Positions 38,748-48,554 of a stretch of DNA of 64,000 nucleotides are shown one piece after another. How positions within the stretch are numbered: the stretch's first letter is position 1; each line of letters starts with the position of its first letter. The notes beneath the pieces were generated by a model, which searched no databases, had not been told where the DNA came from, and saw only the letters and a list, made by a program, of their open reading frames with translations. Source of the stretch: Candidatus Bathyarchaeia archaeon (GTDB lineage Bacteria > Patescibacteriota > Microgenomatia > PFEM01 > JAFGMK01); assembly GCA_035529595.1 (NCBI GenBank), contig DATKWK010000035.1:317904-381903 (forward strand), in the 5' to 3' direction. The position numbers were made by a program, and so were the translations under genes.

Positions 38748-41700
38748 GTGAATGAAAAAATTTTAAGCAAGAAACGTTTTCTTAAATTTCTTTTTTTTGC
38801 TTGGTTGTTCTTTGCTTTTTTAATCCGTCGCAATGGTTCCTGGCTAAAAATAGGAACTACAGAAACCACCCAGGCTAAATCTCCAGCTAATTCTTTTCCT
38901 ATTTCTTCTTATCGTTACCTGCCAGGAGAAATAATCGTCAAATTTAAAAAAGAACCTCTTTTAAAATCACAAGGGCTGGAGCTTAGTGAAGCAACTCAGT
39001 TTTCTTCGGTTAACTCAATTCTCGAAAAATCTCCCGTTAGGAATATTCAACCGCTTTTCGATACTAAACAAGGTGAACTAAAAAAAATAGTCAAAATAAA
39101 ATTAGAATCTGACCAGAAGGCAATTAATCGTCCCTTTGGTATCGAGAGCAATTTTTTTATCGGGGAACCCTCGGAAGAAAAGCGGCTAATTTCAAAATTA
39201 AAAGAAGACCCTAATGTTGAATATGCTGAGCCGAACTATCTTTATCAAACCAGCCTAACTCCTGATGATCCTTTTTTGGATCAGCAATGGGGCTTAACTC
39301 AAATCCAGTCTCAGGAAGGTTGGGATATTAATACCGGAAGCATAGACATGGCTATCGCTATTATTGACACTGGTATTGATTATTCTCACGAGGATCTAGG
39401 AGACCGAATCTGGCAGAATATTGATGAGATCCCAGGCAATGGGATAGATGATGATTTAAACGGATTCACCGATGATATTGCCGGTTGGGATTTTGTTAAT
39501 ACTGAAAATGCTCTTTGCTCGACTGACGAGGACTGTCAAATAGAAGACAATGACCCCAGTGATAAATTAGGTCACGGAACCCATGTTGCCGGTATTGTTA
39601 ATGCAACTACTAATAACAGTACAGGGATAGCCGGCATCTGTTGGACTGGAAAAATCATGAACATTAGAGCCGGCTGGAAAGGAAATGATGGAAGCGGGTA
39701 TTTGGATACGGAAGCAATTAGTAAAGCGATTGTATACGCTGTCGACAACAAGGCCGACCTTATTAATATGAGCTTTGGCTCAGACGACTTTTCAGAGACA
39801 ATAGCAAACAGTTTAAGCTATGCTAATGATAATCATGTCTTAATGATTGCCTCAGCCGGAAACTCAGGTCTTGAAATCAGCAGTTTTCCCGCTAGCTCAC
39901 CTCATGTTTTTTCAATTGGGGCTACTGATAAATCAGATCAAAAAACCTTTTTTTCTAATTATGGCACTACAATAGATTTAGCCGCACCCGGAATAGATAT
40001 CTTGTCTCTTCGTGCTGAGGGAACGGATATGTACGGAGACGGCCAGCATATCGTTGAGGAAAAGTACTATCTCGCTTCGGGAACATCAATGTCTGCTCCT
40101 TTTGTCAGCGGAGTCTTCGGTTTAGTAAAAGCACTTCATCCCTCTTGGGATAAAAAGGAGTTTGAAAAAATGACTAAACTTGCCGTCGATCCTTTAAGCT
40201 CAAACTTTTATGTTGGCCATGGAAGGATTAACCTTTATAAAGCCCTTTCAATCACCCTCCCCGAAGCAGAAGCTTTTCTGAGATATCCCTACGAAAAAAG
40301 TTATTTCCTTTTATCAATCGGTGAACCCCTGGAAATCAGGGGGGTGGTTGTCGGCGAAAGTTTCAAAATTGAATACGAAGAGGGTTATTACCCCGATCAA
40401 TGGGTTGAAATACACCGTCAAGACGCTCCTATTGATACCGGACCAAACGGCGCCAGTTTGACAACCTGGAACACGACTAATTTAAAAGAGAAAATTTATA
40501 CTCTTAAATTAACCGCTTATGATGTGCAAGGACTATCCATTTACTCTTATGCTTTTGTTGAATTCTACGACCCCAGTTTAGGCTGGTTTAAAAGGCTGAG
40601 CAATGATTATTCTTCTGCCCCAAATGTCGCGGACCTCCATAATAATGGCCAAAAAGAGATTATTGTCACTAGTGCCCAAGAGACATTTGAAAATGGTTTA
40701 AATCTTTATATTTTTGGTCCGGAGGGCAACAACTTCCTTCCGGCGAACCCAATTATTTTAGAGGGCGGTTACGGGGCTTCTTCTTCTCCTGCCGTCGGGG
40801 ACATGGACAGCGATGGCAATTTGGAGATTGTCGTCGCGGGAGAAAACGTATACGATACCCCCTTCAGTAGCGAAGGAATTATCTATATTATCAGAAATAA
40901 TGGCAATCCCCTGACTGGCTGGAATCCAAAAAAAGTATCAGACGAAATCTCTCTCGAATCACGTTGGTGTCAAGGTTGGGGAAATGACCGACCTTGCGGC
41001 GGGTTCCCTTCTTCGCCGGTTCTAGCGGATTTAAACAACGACGGCAATCTGGAGATCATTCTTCTCAGCCGATATGGTAAACTTTATGTCTTCGAGATTA
41101 ACGGCAATAGTCTTCCCGGTTTTCCTCTGCTTCTAGGTGAAGGCTTCTGGTTTGGAAATACGTTTAACACTCCGGCAGTTGGCGACCTTGATAATGACGG
41201 TCGTCCTGAAATCGTTGTCGCTCTTGGAGAAAATAATCAACCTGAGGAAGGTACTTTTATTTACGTTGTCGAAAGTGATGGCACTATTGCCCCAGGCTGG
41301 CCTAAGAAAATTATCGGTGATAATACCTCTTACACTTATTACAGTTCTCTTTTTTCTTCACCAGTAATAGGCGATATAAACAAAGATCGACAAATGGAAA
41401 TCTTTATTAGTTCATGGAACGAAGAAGGCGGCAGAATTAACGGCTGGAACTACAACGGTGAGCCAGTCAACAATTGGCCTGTCTCTGCTCCTGGTGTTAT
41501 ATGGAATGTCTCACTCGGAAGTATTCAGGCTGAAACCGACACTCTGATTTTAGCCGGGGCTTACGATATGCAACATCAAGCGGCCTACGCTATCTCTTCC
41601 CAAGGAAATCTCCTTCCCGGTTGGCCGCCTCAAAATTCTCCCCGAAGCATCAGCGCCCAACCTTTAATAGTTGATATTGACCAGGAAGACGATCAAGAAT

Positions 41701-42146
41701 TAATCTTTGTTTCTGCTTACGATTCCTCCGCCTATGCTTATAAGTCCTCGGGCCAAAATGTAGAAAACTGGCCGATTCAAATCCGTCAGCCAACTTATCG
41801 TACCCCGACGATCGAAGACATCGACTCAAACGGTACCCTGGAAATAGTCACTGTCAGTATCGAGGGTAACCTTTACCTTAAAAGACTGATCGGAACTGCT
41901 CCGAAAGCCTACTCATGGAACACTTTTCATCATGACAGGCAACATACCGGTGCCTATACTTTCGAAGGTTGTTCCCCCGGCGATTCTAACCAAGATAAAA
42001 AAATCGATCTTTTAGACTTCATGTGTATTTTTCAAAATTATCGAGAGGCTAGTGAAAGTAGCTGCCCTTGCTCTGACAGCAACCTGGATTCGGTCGTTAA
42101 CTCTATCGATCTTGGTTTTGTCCTAAATAAATATCGACTTCAATAA
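38748..42146 (+). CDS. Secreted subtilisin-like serine protease (S8) with I9-like propeptide, FG-GAP/VCBS beta-propeller repeats and a C-terminal dockerin-like module.
   Basis: N-terminal TM/signal. Catalytic triad motifs AIIDTGID (Asp), HGTHVAG (His), GTSMSAPFVSG (Ser). At least 6 repeats of the type DMDSDGNLEIVV / DLNNDGNLEIIL / DLDNDGRPEIVV (FG-GAP). C-terminal paired Ca-binding segments GDSNQDKKIDLLDF and SDSNLDSVVNSIDLGF (dockerin type I pattern). Confidence 0.85.
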   Translation: MNEKILSKKRFLKFLFFAWLFFAFLIRRNGSWLKIGTTETTQAKSPANSFPISSYRYLPGEIIVKFKKEPLLKSQGLELSEATQFSSVNSILEKSPVRNIQPLFDTKQGELKKIVKIKLESDQKAINRPFGIESNFFIGEPSEEKRLISKLKEDPNVEYAEPNYLYQTSLTPDDPFLDQQWGLTQIQSQEGWDINTGSIDMAIAIIDTGIDYSHEDLGDRIWQNIDEIPGNGIDDDLNGFTDDIAGWDFVNTENALCSTDEDCQIEDNDPSDKLGHGTHVAGIVNATTNNSTGIAGICWTGKIMNIRAGWKGNDGSGYLDTEAISKAIVYAVDNKADLINMSFGSDDFSETIANSLSYANDNHVLMIASAGNSGLEISSFPASSPHVFSIGATDKSDQKTFFSNYGTTIDLAAPGIDILSLRAEGTDMYGDGQHIVEEKYYLASGTSMSAPFVSGVFGLVKALHPSWDKKEFEKMTKLAVDPLSSNFYVGHGRINLYKALSITLPEAEAFLRYPYEKSYFLLSIGEPLEIRGVVVGESFKIEYEEGYYPDQWVEIHRQDAPIDTGPNGASLTTWNTTNLKEKIYTLKLTAYDVQGLSIYSYAFVEFYDPSLGWFKRLSNDYSSAPNVADLHNNGQKEIIVTSAQETFENGLNLYIFGPEGNNFLPANPIILEGGYGASSSPAVGDMDSDGNLEIVVAGENVYDTPFSSEGIIYIIRNNGNPLTGWNPKKVSDEISLESRWCQGWGNDRPCGGFPSSPVLADLNNDGNLEIILLSRYGKLYVFEINGNSLPGFPLLLGEGFWFGNTFNTPAVGDLDNDGRPEIVVALGENNQPEEGTFIYVVESDGTIAPGWPKKIIGDNTSYTYYSSLFSSPVIGDINKDRQMEIFISSWNEEGGRINGWNYNGEPVNNWPVSAPGVIWNVSLGSIQAETDTLILAGAYDMQHQAAYAISSQGNLLPGWPPQNSPRSISAQPLIVDIDQEDDQELIFVSAYDSSAYAYKSSGQNVENWPIQIRQPTYRTPTIEDIDSNGTLEIVTVSIEGNLYLKRLIGTAPKAYSWNTFHHDRQHTGAYTFEGCSPGDSNQDKKIDLLDFMCIFQNYREASESSCPCSDSNLDSVVNSIDLGFVLNKYRLQ

Positions 42147-42315
42147 ACTTCCCCTCTGACTTCCATCTTATTGGATATTGCGAATATTACTAAGTGATAC
42201 TTTTACCTTATTCTTGATGATTTTTTTCCCGGATATTGCCTTTTTAGCTCTTTGATTACTTTATCAACATATATATTAAAAAAATAGGACTTTAAAAAAA
42301 TATTCTATTTGCTGT

Positions 42316-42403
42316 TTAAATCAAAAACAGTGAAAAGGCAAAAAGGGCAATTGGAGAAAAAAAATTCACCGAGGTTCAATGGGAAAAGTACCTTGAAGGT
42401 GGT
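42316..42403. repeat. A-pal family right-end element (TTTAAATCAA..GAAAAGGCAA..TTCACCGAGGTTCAATGGGAAAAGTACCTTGAAGGTGG).
   Basis: About 75% identical over about 80 nt to 28290-28369. Directly abuts the stop of the 42413 gene. Confidence 0.55.
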
Positions 42404-42412
42404 TACCTTTAT

Positions 42413-45259
42413 TCATAGGTTGTATTTGTCTTTTCTTTTTTCAAATGCCGCCTCACCGCCATCAAGAATGTCGCAAGCGTGTTCTCTAATTCCACAAGAC
42501 AGCAAAACAATTTCTTGAGTTTTATCCCTTTCTTTCGTGTACTCTAATGAGCCACTTAGATAATCAAACTTCTGGTTATCTTTATTTTTTCGGTCGTCGC
42601 CGTGCTGATTAGCAACCATGACTTGCTCCGAGTCAGCACCAACGACTAAATTTGCATTATGGCTAACCATAATAATTTGTCGCCTTTTCTTTTGCTCTTT
42701 CAAATAGGGAACAATCGAAAAATACATTGACCGGCTATCAAGGTCGTCCTCTGGCTGGTCAATCAAAAGAGGCCATGTGTCCGATTCTTTGGTTAACAGA
42801 AGGGTAAGCGCAAATAATGCCTGCTTTCCTTCTGTCATCGAACTACTACTGAAACCACCAATTGTGTCGTTTTCCATAGTTGAGTTGAACCGAATATCTT
42901 CAACGAAGGTTAAAACTTCCTTAGCGCAAAGTTGCGAATCTTCATCAAACAACACCTTTTGTTTTTTGGCAAACACGGCATCAAGAAAATTGTGAGGGTC
43001 ACTTCTTATTAAGTCGATTTTTAATAAATCTTTCTCTCTGTCAATAAAATCACTGCTCTCTTTTCTATTAAAGCGTGCGGATAGCTCTTCAAATTTTTGG
43101 GGATGGAATTGAATTTCAACCCCGAAACGGATTTTGCTATCTGACTGCTCAAGTGCAGCAAATTTCGTCTTTAGGGTATCTAGGGCTGAAGTTCTGTCGC
43201 TAACACTTTTTTTAATTAGTTCAGACAAATCTCTTAACTCGGTGTTTTTATCGGCGATTTCCTGTGTCAACTTTTCTATTGCCGATTTTCTTTCCTTCTG
43301 CTTGTCTAACTTCTCGATCAAATCCTGCAATTGCTCGTTTTTCTTACACTTTTCGATTAAATCCTTATTTGAATCGTATAGGGTTTTAATTTCAGACTGA
43401 ACTCGTGACTTCTCCTTATCCAAATCAGATTTATAGGCAAGAATTCTTTTTTGTACCAGCCCGCTAACGGTACTTGACCATTGAGTAACATCTTGGGTAA
43501 TCTTCTTCTGTAAATTTAACGGCAACGACTCGATTGCGGGCATAAAAGAAACTTTCGTAGTAATAGAGATAACCTTATCTTTCCTGTCGCTATCGTCTCG
43601 GTAAATAAATCCTTCAAGTTCGCCAAGCTCTTCATCAATCTTTTTTAATCTTGCTTCCTTGTTATGGATATCCTGACTTAGTTCCTTGTATTTTTTGACG
43701 TCTTCGTCGCTAAGGGAAGCAATTTTCTTAAGCTCATCGATCTTTTTTTCAAAATCCGCAATAACCTTTTCAATAGCTGTTTTGTCACCTTGCTCTTTAA
43801 TCTCTAGTTCTAGAGATCTAACTTCCTCTTTCGTGACAAACCACTTTGTAACTGATTCGGTAATGCTTTTGTTGTAAGTGTCTCTAATATCAATCTGGAG
43901 TCGCTCATAAACTTGTTTAATTTCCGGATAATTCTCAAACAACACAGGTTTAATCATGGCTGTAATATCATCCGGACGACTGCTTAATTCAGCCAGATAA
44001 TTTTGTGGAATATAAACAACTTTTCCGTGTTGCGTTAGTCCGTTACCCCACTCAACGGCAACCTCAAAGTTCACATCTTCCCAACTAACTTTTGCCGCGG
44101 GACCTTCGGGCTTGATCCCCTTTGCGCTTTCAGGGTCAACTGAACAAGCGAGATAGGCCAAAAGCGCTGATTTACCAGACGATCTACTTCCAATAATTGA
44201 GCTAAGGTTATCGTTAAACAGAATTTCATTCGGAAAATCAGAAGTGTTTTTAAAAATTATTTTACGAATAACACGGTCGGGCAACTTTCCACCCGGAGGA
44301 ATCGAGCCCATAAATACTCTTTCGCCGCTAATTGGCTCATAGACAATTTGTTTTAAGCCTTCATAAGTCAAATCGGCCTTTATCCAAGTAATCTCTTTCT
44401 CTACCTCACCTTTAGCATTTACAACTTTTTTGCCTAGGAAGTTGTCAACATCCTCGAAAGAATGCGCATCGCTACCAGACAATACCGGTTTTGGTGCTGT
44501 TTCTTCACCGTTATCTAGGCGTTCTTTATCCGAGAAGTGATCAACATTAGTTGAGCTTCCAAAAAACCCGTGACTAAACTTGTCTATCTCATCAGTAATT
44601 ACCGCCTTTCTCTGTTTGCCTCTAACTTTTCCAGCCACTTTTTCAGTATCCGTTCTAATGCCATCATTGTTTGCGGCGGCAATAATAAGCATATAATCAG
44701 TAAGATCAATCTTACTTCCAAAGGTTGCCTTAATTGCATCCTCTATGAACTGCCTTGTTGTTGTAGCTTTCTCAAAATCTTTGGTTGACGAAAGTTCAGA
44801 AGCCTTTATGTTTTTGCCTGAAAGGTTGTTGGTTTCATTTGTTTTGAGACTACTTAAAAACTCCCCAAGTCTGCTTTTGATATTCGGCATATCAGAATTA
44901 ACAATAAGGTGCAGATTTACTTCCTCCCCAGCTTTATTAACTACATCATTAGTACATACTTCAATATTTGGGAAAAACACTTTTGAGGAGTCGGGGTATT
45001 TATTTTTAAATTTATCTATAAAGGTAAAATAATTATCAACCGAAAAATAATCAGTGATACCAATTGCTACGACATCAGATTCCTCAATCTTCTTACAAAA
45101 TATATCCCAGGGATCACCGTCCTTTAATTTATATTGGTCATTCTTTTTGGTTCCAGGTGTATGAACTTGCAAATCCCATTTTCTCCATAGAGAACCCCGC
45201 GGATCGTTGATTCGTGTGTCTCGATCGTTCTGGTTATTGTTGCCACTACGTTTAGTCAT
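42413..45259 (-). CDS. PHP-domain phosphoesterase fused to an SMC/OLD-like ABC ATPase with a long coiled-coil insert; Ppl-like candidate antiviral defence protein.
   Basis: N-terminal PHP motifs WDLQVHTPGT (DLHVHT-like), GITDYFS, NIEVCTN, NLHLIV. Walker A GSRSSGKSALLAYLA at about aa 370. About 250 aa of E/K-rich coiled coil. C-terminal signature-like SMTEGKQALFAL, Walker B LLIDQPEDDLD, H-loop MVSHNANLV. This architecture (PHP plus ABC ATPase) matches the single-gene 'Ppl' defence system described among recently catalogued anti-phage genes. Confidence 0.65.
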   Translation of the reverse strand: MTKRSGNNNQNDRDTRINDPRGSLWRKWDLQVHTPGTKKNDQYKLKDGDPWDIFCKKIEESDVVAIGITDYFSVDNYFTFIDKFKNKYPDSSKVFFPNIEVCTNDVVNKAGEEVNLHLIVNSDMPNIKSRLGEFLSSLKTNETNNLSGKNIKASELSSTKDFEKATTTRQFIEDAIKATFGSKIDLTDYMLIIAAANNDGIRTDTEKVAGKVRGKQRKAVITDEIDKFSHGFFGSSTNVDHFSDKERLDNGEETAPKPVLSGSDAHSFEDVDNFLGKKVVNAKGEVEKEITWIKADLTYEGLKQIVYEPISGERVFMGSIPPGGKLPDRVIRKIIFKNTSDFPNEILFNDNLSSIIGSRSSGKSALLAYLACSVDPESAKGIKPEGPAAKVSWEDVNFEVAVEWGNGLTQHGKVVYIPQNYLAELSSRPDDITAMIKPVLFENYPEIKQVYERLQIDIRDTYNKSITESVTKWFVTKEEVRSLELEIKEQGDKTAIEKVIADFEKKIDELKKIASLSDEDVKKYKELSQDIHNKEARLKKIDEELGELEGFIYRDDSDRKDKVISITTKVSFMPAIESLPLNLQKKITQDVTQWSSTVSGLVQKRILAYKSDLDKEKSRVQSEIKTLYDSNKDLIEKCKKNEQLQDLIEKLDKQKERKSAIEKLTQEIADKNTELRDLSELIKKSVSDRTSALDTLKTKFAALEQSDSKIRFGVEIQFHPQKFEELSARFNRKESSDFIDREKDLLKIDLIRSDPHNFLDAVFAKKQKVLFDEDSQLCAKEVLTFVEDIRFNSTMENDTIGGFSSSSMTEGKQALFALTLLLTKESDTWPLLIDQPEDDLDSRSMYFSIVPYLKEQKKRRQIIMVSHNANLVVGADSEQVMVANQHGDDRKNKDNQKFDYLSGSLEYTKERDKTQEIVLLSCGIREHACDILDGGEAAFEKRKDKYNL

Positions 45260-45355
45260 TGTTTTTCTCCACCACTTTTATTTCGTCATCTGTAAGTCCG
45301 CAGAGCTTATAAACCATTTGATCAATTTATTTTTCGTATTCGCGGACTTTCGTCC

Positions 45356-47209
45356 TTATATTTCCGGTAAATGACTTTTAAGATATTTTTCTGTATCTTT
45401 ATCAATAAAATAAACATATACTCCCTTATGGGCCCGAGAAAGAAGTACGCGATAAACGTTTTTTAAGTGATTCGTGAGATTTGGATTATTACGTTTTACT
45501 TGCGTATCATGAGAATTTTCCGGAATCGCTCGCCACTTACTTTCAACCGGATCAAAAACCAAATCATTTCCAAAAATAACTGCAATATAGTCAAATTCAA
45601 ACCCTTGAGCTGTATAAACAGTTCCCACCTGTTCCATCCCCGAATCATCGGTAGCCCATTTCCAAAACTGGTCTTTTTTTTCCCATGGCATTTCGAAGTT
45701 TCCTATTTTTACGTCGTTAACTAAAGAATTATCTGGGATTGGTTTACTCCACGACCAACAAAATCCTGCAGTAATCCTCGCGGAATTAGGTTTCTCATGA
45801 TTTCTCTTCCGAATTTCTTCCATCATCTCTTGCGGGCTTTTAAAAATTTTAAATTCCATTTTAGGATCATATTCCGAAAATTCACTATCACCAATTCTTA
45901 AAACAAAATCTAACCATTGAAGGTAAGCATCGGAACCTGAACATCTAAATTGTGTTTTAAGCTCAAATTCAGAGATATCAGATTTTTTAATTCCCAAACG
46001 TTGCACTGCTTTTTTTATCATCTCGACGCTTCCTATTTCGTTCGGTCTCACGATCTGATTTTCGTCAATAAAGAAAATGCTTAATTTCGCTACATTTAAC
46101 AATTCGTCTATTTGGGGCAAATCTGTTCTTTGAACTTTCGGTGTATATCTATCTATGCTTGATTCTCTTATACGATGTGCCTCGTCGCAAATAAGCACAT
46201 CAAAAGAACCTGACTTCGTTGCAATAAAGCTGTTGAAAAATTTGAACAGGTTTTTTGCCCGAACACCAACTATATTTCTTAATGTATTTGTAAACGCGGA
46301 CGATCCCGTGGCATGTACGACCTTTCTCCCTTGCCTCAAAAGCTCCCCCATAACTTCTAATGCTATTACAGACTTCCCTGTGCCGGGACCACCCTTTACT
46401 ATCACTACTGATTTTTGCTTTGTTTTTGCGAACTGCTTAACTTTGTGCCTTATTGCATTGTAGGCAACAATTTGTTCATCAATTAAATTAAAAATTTGCC
46501 GTTTATTTATCATCTCCGATGTATGATCAAGTAGTTTTCTAGACGGTTCGATTGGGCTTCTTGCAAATCGTTCGTAAATCAATTTACCCTTACCACCCTG
46601 AAGGCGCTTTTTTAGATATCTTCCCAATTCAATAGCGTCTTCTTTTGCAAACAATGGAAAGGTTTTGATTAATTTAGAAAATTCCGAAGAAAAAAGTATG
46701 GCATCTTTATTCTTTGAATAATTATGTAGATATACAGATGCGCTTAATTCTGGCGAGTTCTTTTCTTGAAAAATCCTAAGAAAATCCTTTAGGCCGAAAT
46801 AGTATCCTTGCACTTGTAGCACGGGGTGTGGTTGTTCCCTCTTAAATTGCCCATAATCGACGACTACATTACCTTCACTTTCGGCGTCTTGCACGTGTTG
46901 ATTTGACCATTGTTTGAGTTCCATCATTACAACATTTTCTTCTCCATCCACGTCATGCCCAAAAAGCAAAACATCAATTCTTCGCGACGAAAAAGGAAGT
47001 TCGTATTCGACAATTATATGGTTGTCTTTAAGGCCGGCGTAATGAAAACTATTATTTAGGATTGCAAGCGAAATTGCCCATGATCTATATTCACGATCAG
47101 CTGGATCCTTTTTGTAGTAAGCTCGATATTTTTCGGCCGCACGATCCGCAATGCAGTTTTGCATTACATCTTCGTTAAATCGCTCGATTGTGCCTTCATA
47201 AAGAATCAT
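45356..47209 (-). CDS. DUF2075-like protein: N-terminal PD-(D/E)xK-type nuclease fused to an SF1/RecD-like P-loop helicase-like ATPase.
   Basis: N-terminal IDVLLFGHD...VVMMELKQW (D...ExK). Walker A VIVKGGPGTGKSVIALEVM. Walker B VLICDEAHRI. C-terminal TVYTAQGFEFDYIAVIFGNDLVFD, characteristic of DUF2075/UvrD_C_2-type domains. Confidence 0.7.
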   Translation of the reverse strand: MILYEGTIERFNEDVMQNCIADRAAEKYRAYYKKDPADREYRSWAISLAILNNSFHYAGLKDNHIIVEYELPFSSRRIDVLLFGHDVDGEENVVMMELKQWSNQHVQDAESEGNVVVDYGQFKREQPHPVLQVQGYYFGLKDFLRIFQEKNSPELSASVYLHNYSKNKDAILFSSEFSKLIKTFPLFAKEDAIELGRYLKKRLQGGKGKLIYERFARSPIEPSRKLLDHTSEMINKRQIFNLIDEQIVAYNAIRHKVKQFAKTKQKSVVIVKGGPGTGKSVIALEVMGELLRQGRKVVHATGSSAFTNTLRNIVGVRAKNLFKFFNSFIATKSGSFDVLICDEAHRIRESSIDRYTPKVQRTDLPQIDELLNVAKLSIFFIDENQIVRPNEIGSVEMIKKAVQRLGIKKSDISEFELKTQFRCSGSDAYLQWLDFVLRIGDSEFSEYDPKMEFKIFKSPQEMMEEIRKRNHEKPNSARITAGFCWSWSKPIPDNSLVNDVKIGNFEMPWEKKDQFWKWATDDSGMEQVGTVYTAQGFEFDYIAVIFGNDLVFDPVESKWRAIPENSHDTQVKRNNPNLTNHLKNVYRVLLSRAHKGVYVYFIDKDTEKYLKSHLPEI

Positions 47210-47323
47210 AATTGAAGTTTATTGTTTTAGTATGATTACCTTTTTGCTTTACCTAATGATTATAAATTTATTTCCGATCTCACTCACCTCTAAATTTAAT
47301 AATTTCTTTAATCAGACATGAAC

Positions 47324-48016
47324 TTATATTAAGTTTTGTTCCTTTAAACTGTAAAATTTGTTTTTAGTAACGATAATGTGATCGAGAAGTTCAATACCAA
47401 AAATTTTAGCTGCTTCTTCCAAGCGTCTCGTTAGCGCAACGTCTTCCGGTGAGGCTTCAGGATTTTCCGATGGATGGTTATGGGCAATTATTATTTGTGC
47501 AGCAAAGGACTGAATCGCTTCTTTAAAAACTTCCCGGGGGTGTACAATACTTGAATTAAGCGAACCTACTGAAATATTACTGATTTTTATTAAACAATTA
47601 TGTGCATCAAGAGACAGCACAACAAAATGCTCTTTCTTTTCCCGTCCGATAGATTTTTGCAAAAAGTTAGCTACTGCCCTTGATGAATTAAGTGTAATTT
47701 TCTCTGGTAGGTGCTCTCTTGCGAGGCGCTCAGCTACTGCCTGAAAAAGTTTTATACCAAATGCATTAGATGGTCCAATACCTTTAATCTTTTGTAAATC
47801 TTCCAGCGAAGCATCAAGTACTCCTCGTAAACCACTAAGCTCTTTAATAGCTTGTTTTGCCATTTGCTTACAATCTTTCCGAGGGGTACCCAACGTTAAA
47901 AGTAATTCCACAATTTCATAATCAAGAAAACCGTCAAATCCACTTTTCAAGAAACGTATTCTTAATCTTTTCCTGTGGCCTTCCATTTTTTGTGGATCCT
48001 TAAGGGAAATTGTCAT
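47324..48016 (-). CDS. radC: RadC-like JAB/MPN-domain protein.
   Basis: N-terminal HhH region (IKGIGPSNAF). JAMM motif IIIAHNHPSENPEASPEDVALTRRL. Confidence 0.85.
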   Translation of the reverse strand: MTISLKDPQKMEGHRKRLRIRFLKSGFDGFLDYEIVELLLTLGTPRKDCKQMAKQAIKELSGLRGVLDASLEDLQKIKGIGPSNAFGIKLFQAVAERLAREHLPEKITLNSSRAVANFLQKSIGREKKEHFVVLSLDAHNCLIKISNISVGSLNSSIVHPREVFKEAIQSFAAQIIIAHNHPSENPEASPEDVALTRRLEEAAKIFGIELLDHIIVTKNKFYSLKEQNLI

Positions 48017-48022
48017 TATTAC

Positions 48023-48370
48023 CTACAATTTGTCGTATTTAGCATGACGTCCCTTCGCTTTCTCGATAGGATATTTTTCTTCGTTTTTGTCCATCTTTTT
48101 GCTTAAAGCATCGACAATATCTATCTCCAAATCATGGCTCATCAATAATATCCAATAAAGAACATCGGCCAACTCTTCTCCGATATGTTCCTTGTGAGCT
48201 GAAATGTATTCCTCCAATTCTTTTCCGTTTTTCCATTGAAAATGCTCAACAACCTCTGAGGCTTCCAATGTAAGGGAAAGGGCTACATCTTTTGGGTTAT
48301 GAAATTGTTTCCAATCACGAGCGTCTCGGAAGGCAATTATTCGTTTTATTAATTTGTCAAGATTTTTCAT
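48023..48370 (-). CDS. MazG-like nucleoside triphosphate pyrophosphohydrolase (small all-alpha NTP-PPase).
   Basis: 115 aa. EASEVVEHF...EELADVLYWILLMS is the MazG/HisE EExxD/E metal-binding helix pair. Confidence 0.7.
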   Translation of the reverse strand: MKNLDKLIKRIIAFRDARDWKQFHNPKDVALSLTLEASEVVEHFQWKNGKELEEYISAHKEHIGEELADVLYWILLMSHDLEIDIVDALSKKMDKNEEKYPIEKAKGRHAKYDKL

Positions 48371-48443
48371 AATACTTTGTCAGAAAATCAACATCAATCC
48401 TAAAAGCCTTGACGATCCCTGCCTATTGGCAGAAGAAGGGGAT

Positions 48444-48484
48444 AGTTTAAATTTGGCCACTTTAAGCTGATTCTACCACTTTTT
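48444..48484. repeat. 41-bp direct repeat, copy 1 (AGTTTAAATTTGGCCACTTTAAGCTGATTCTACCACTTT).
   Basis: About 38/41 identical to 49441-49479. The two copies bracket the PIG-L gene. Confidence 0.6.
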
Positions 48485-48554
48485 ACCTAGCAGGTCATAC
48501 TGGTTGGCTAATATGACAGATCATCATACGATAACCACTCCGGCAATTGTTATT

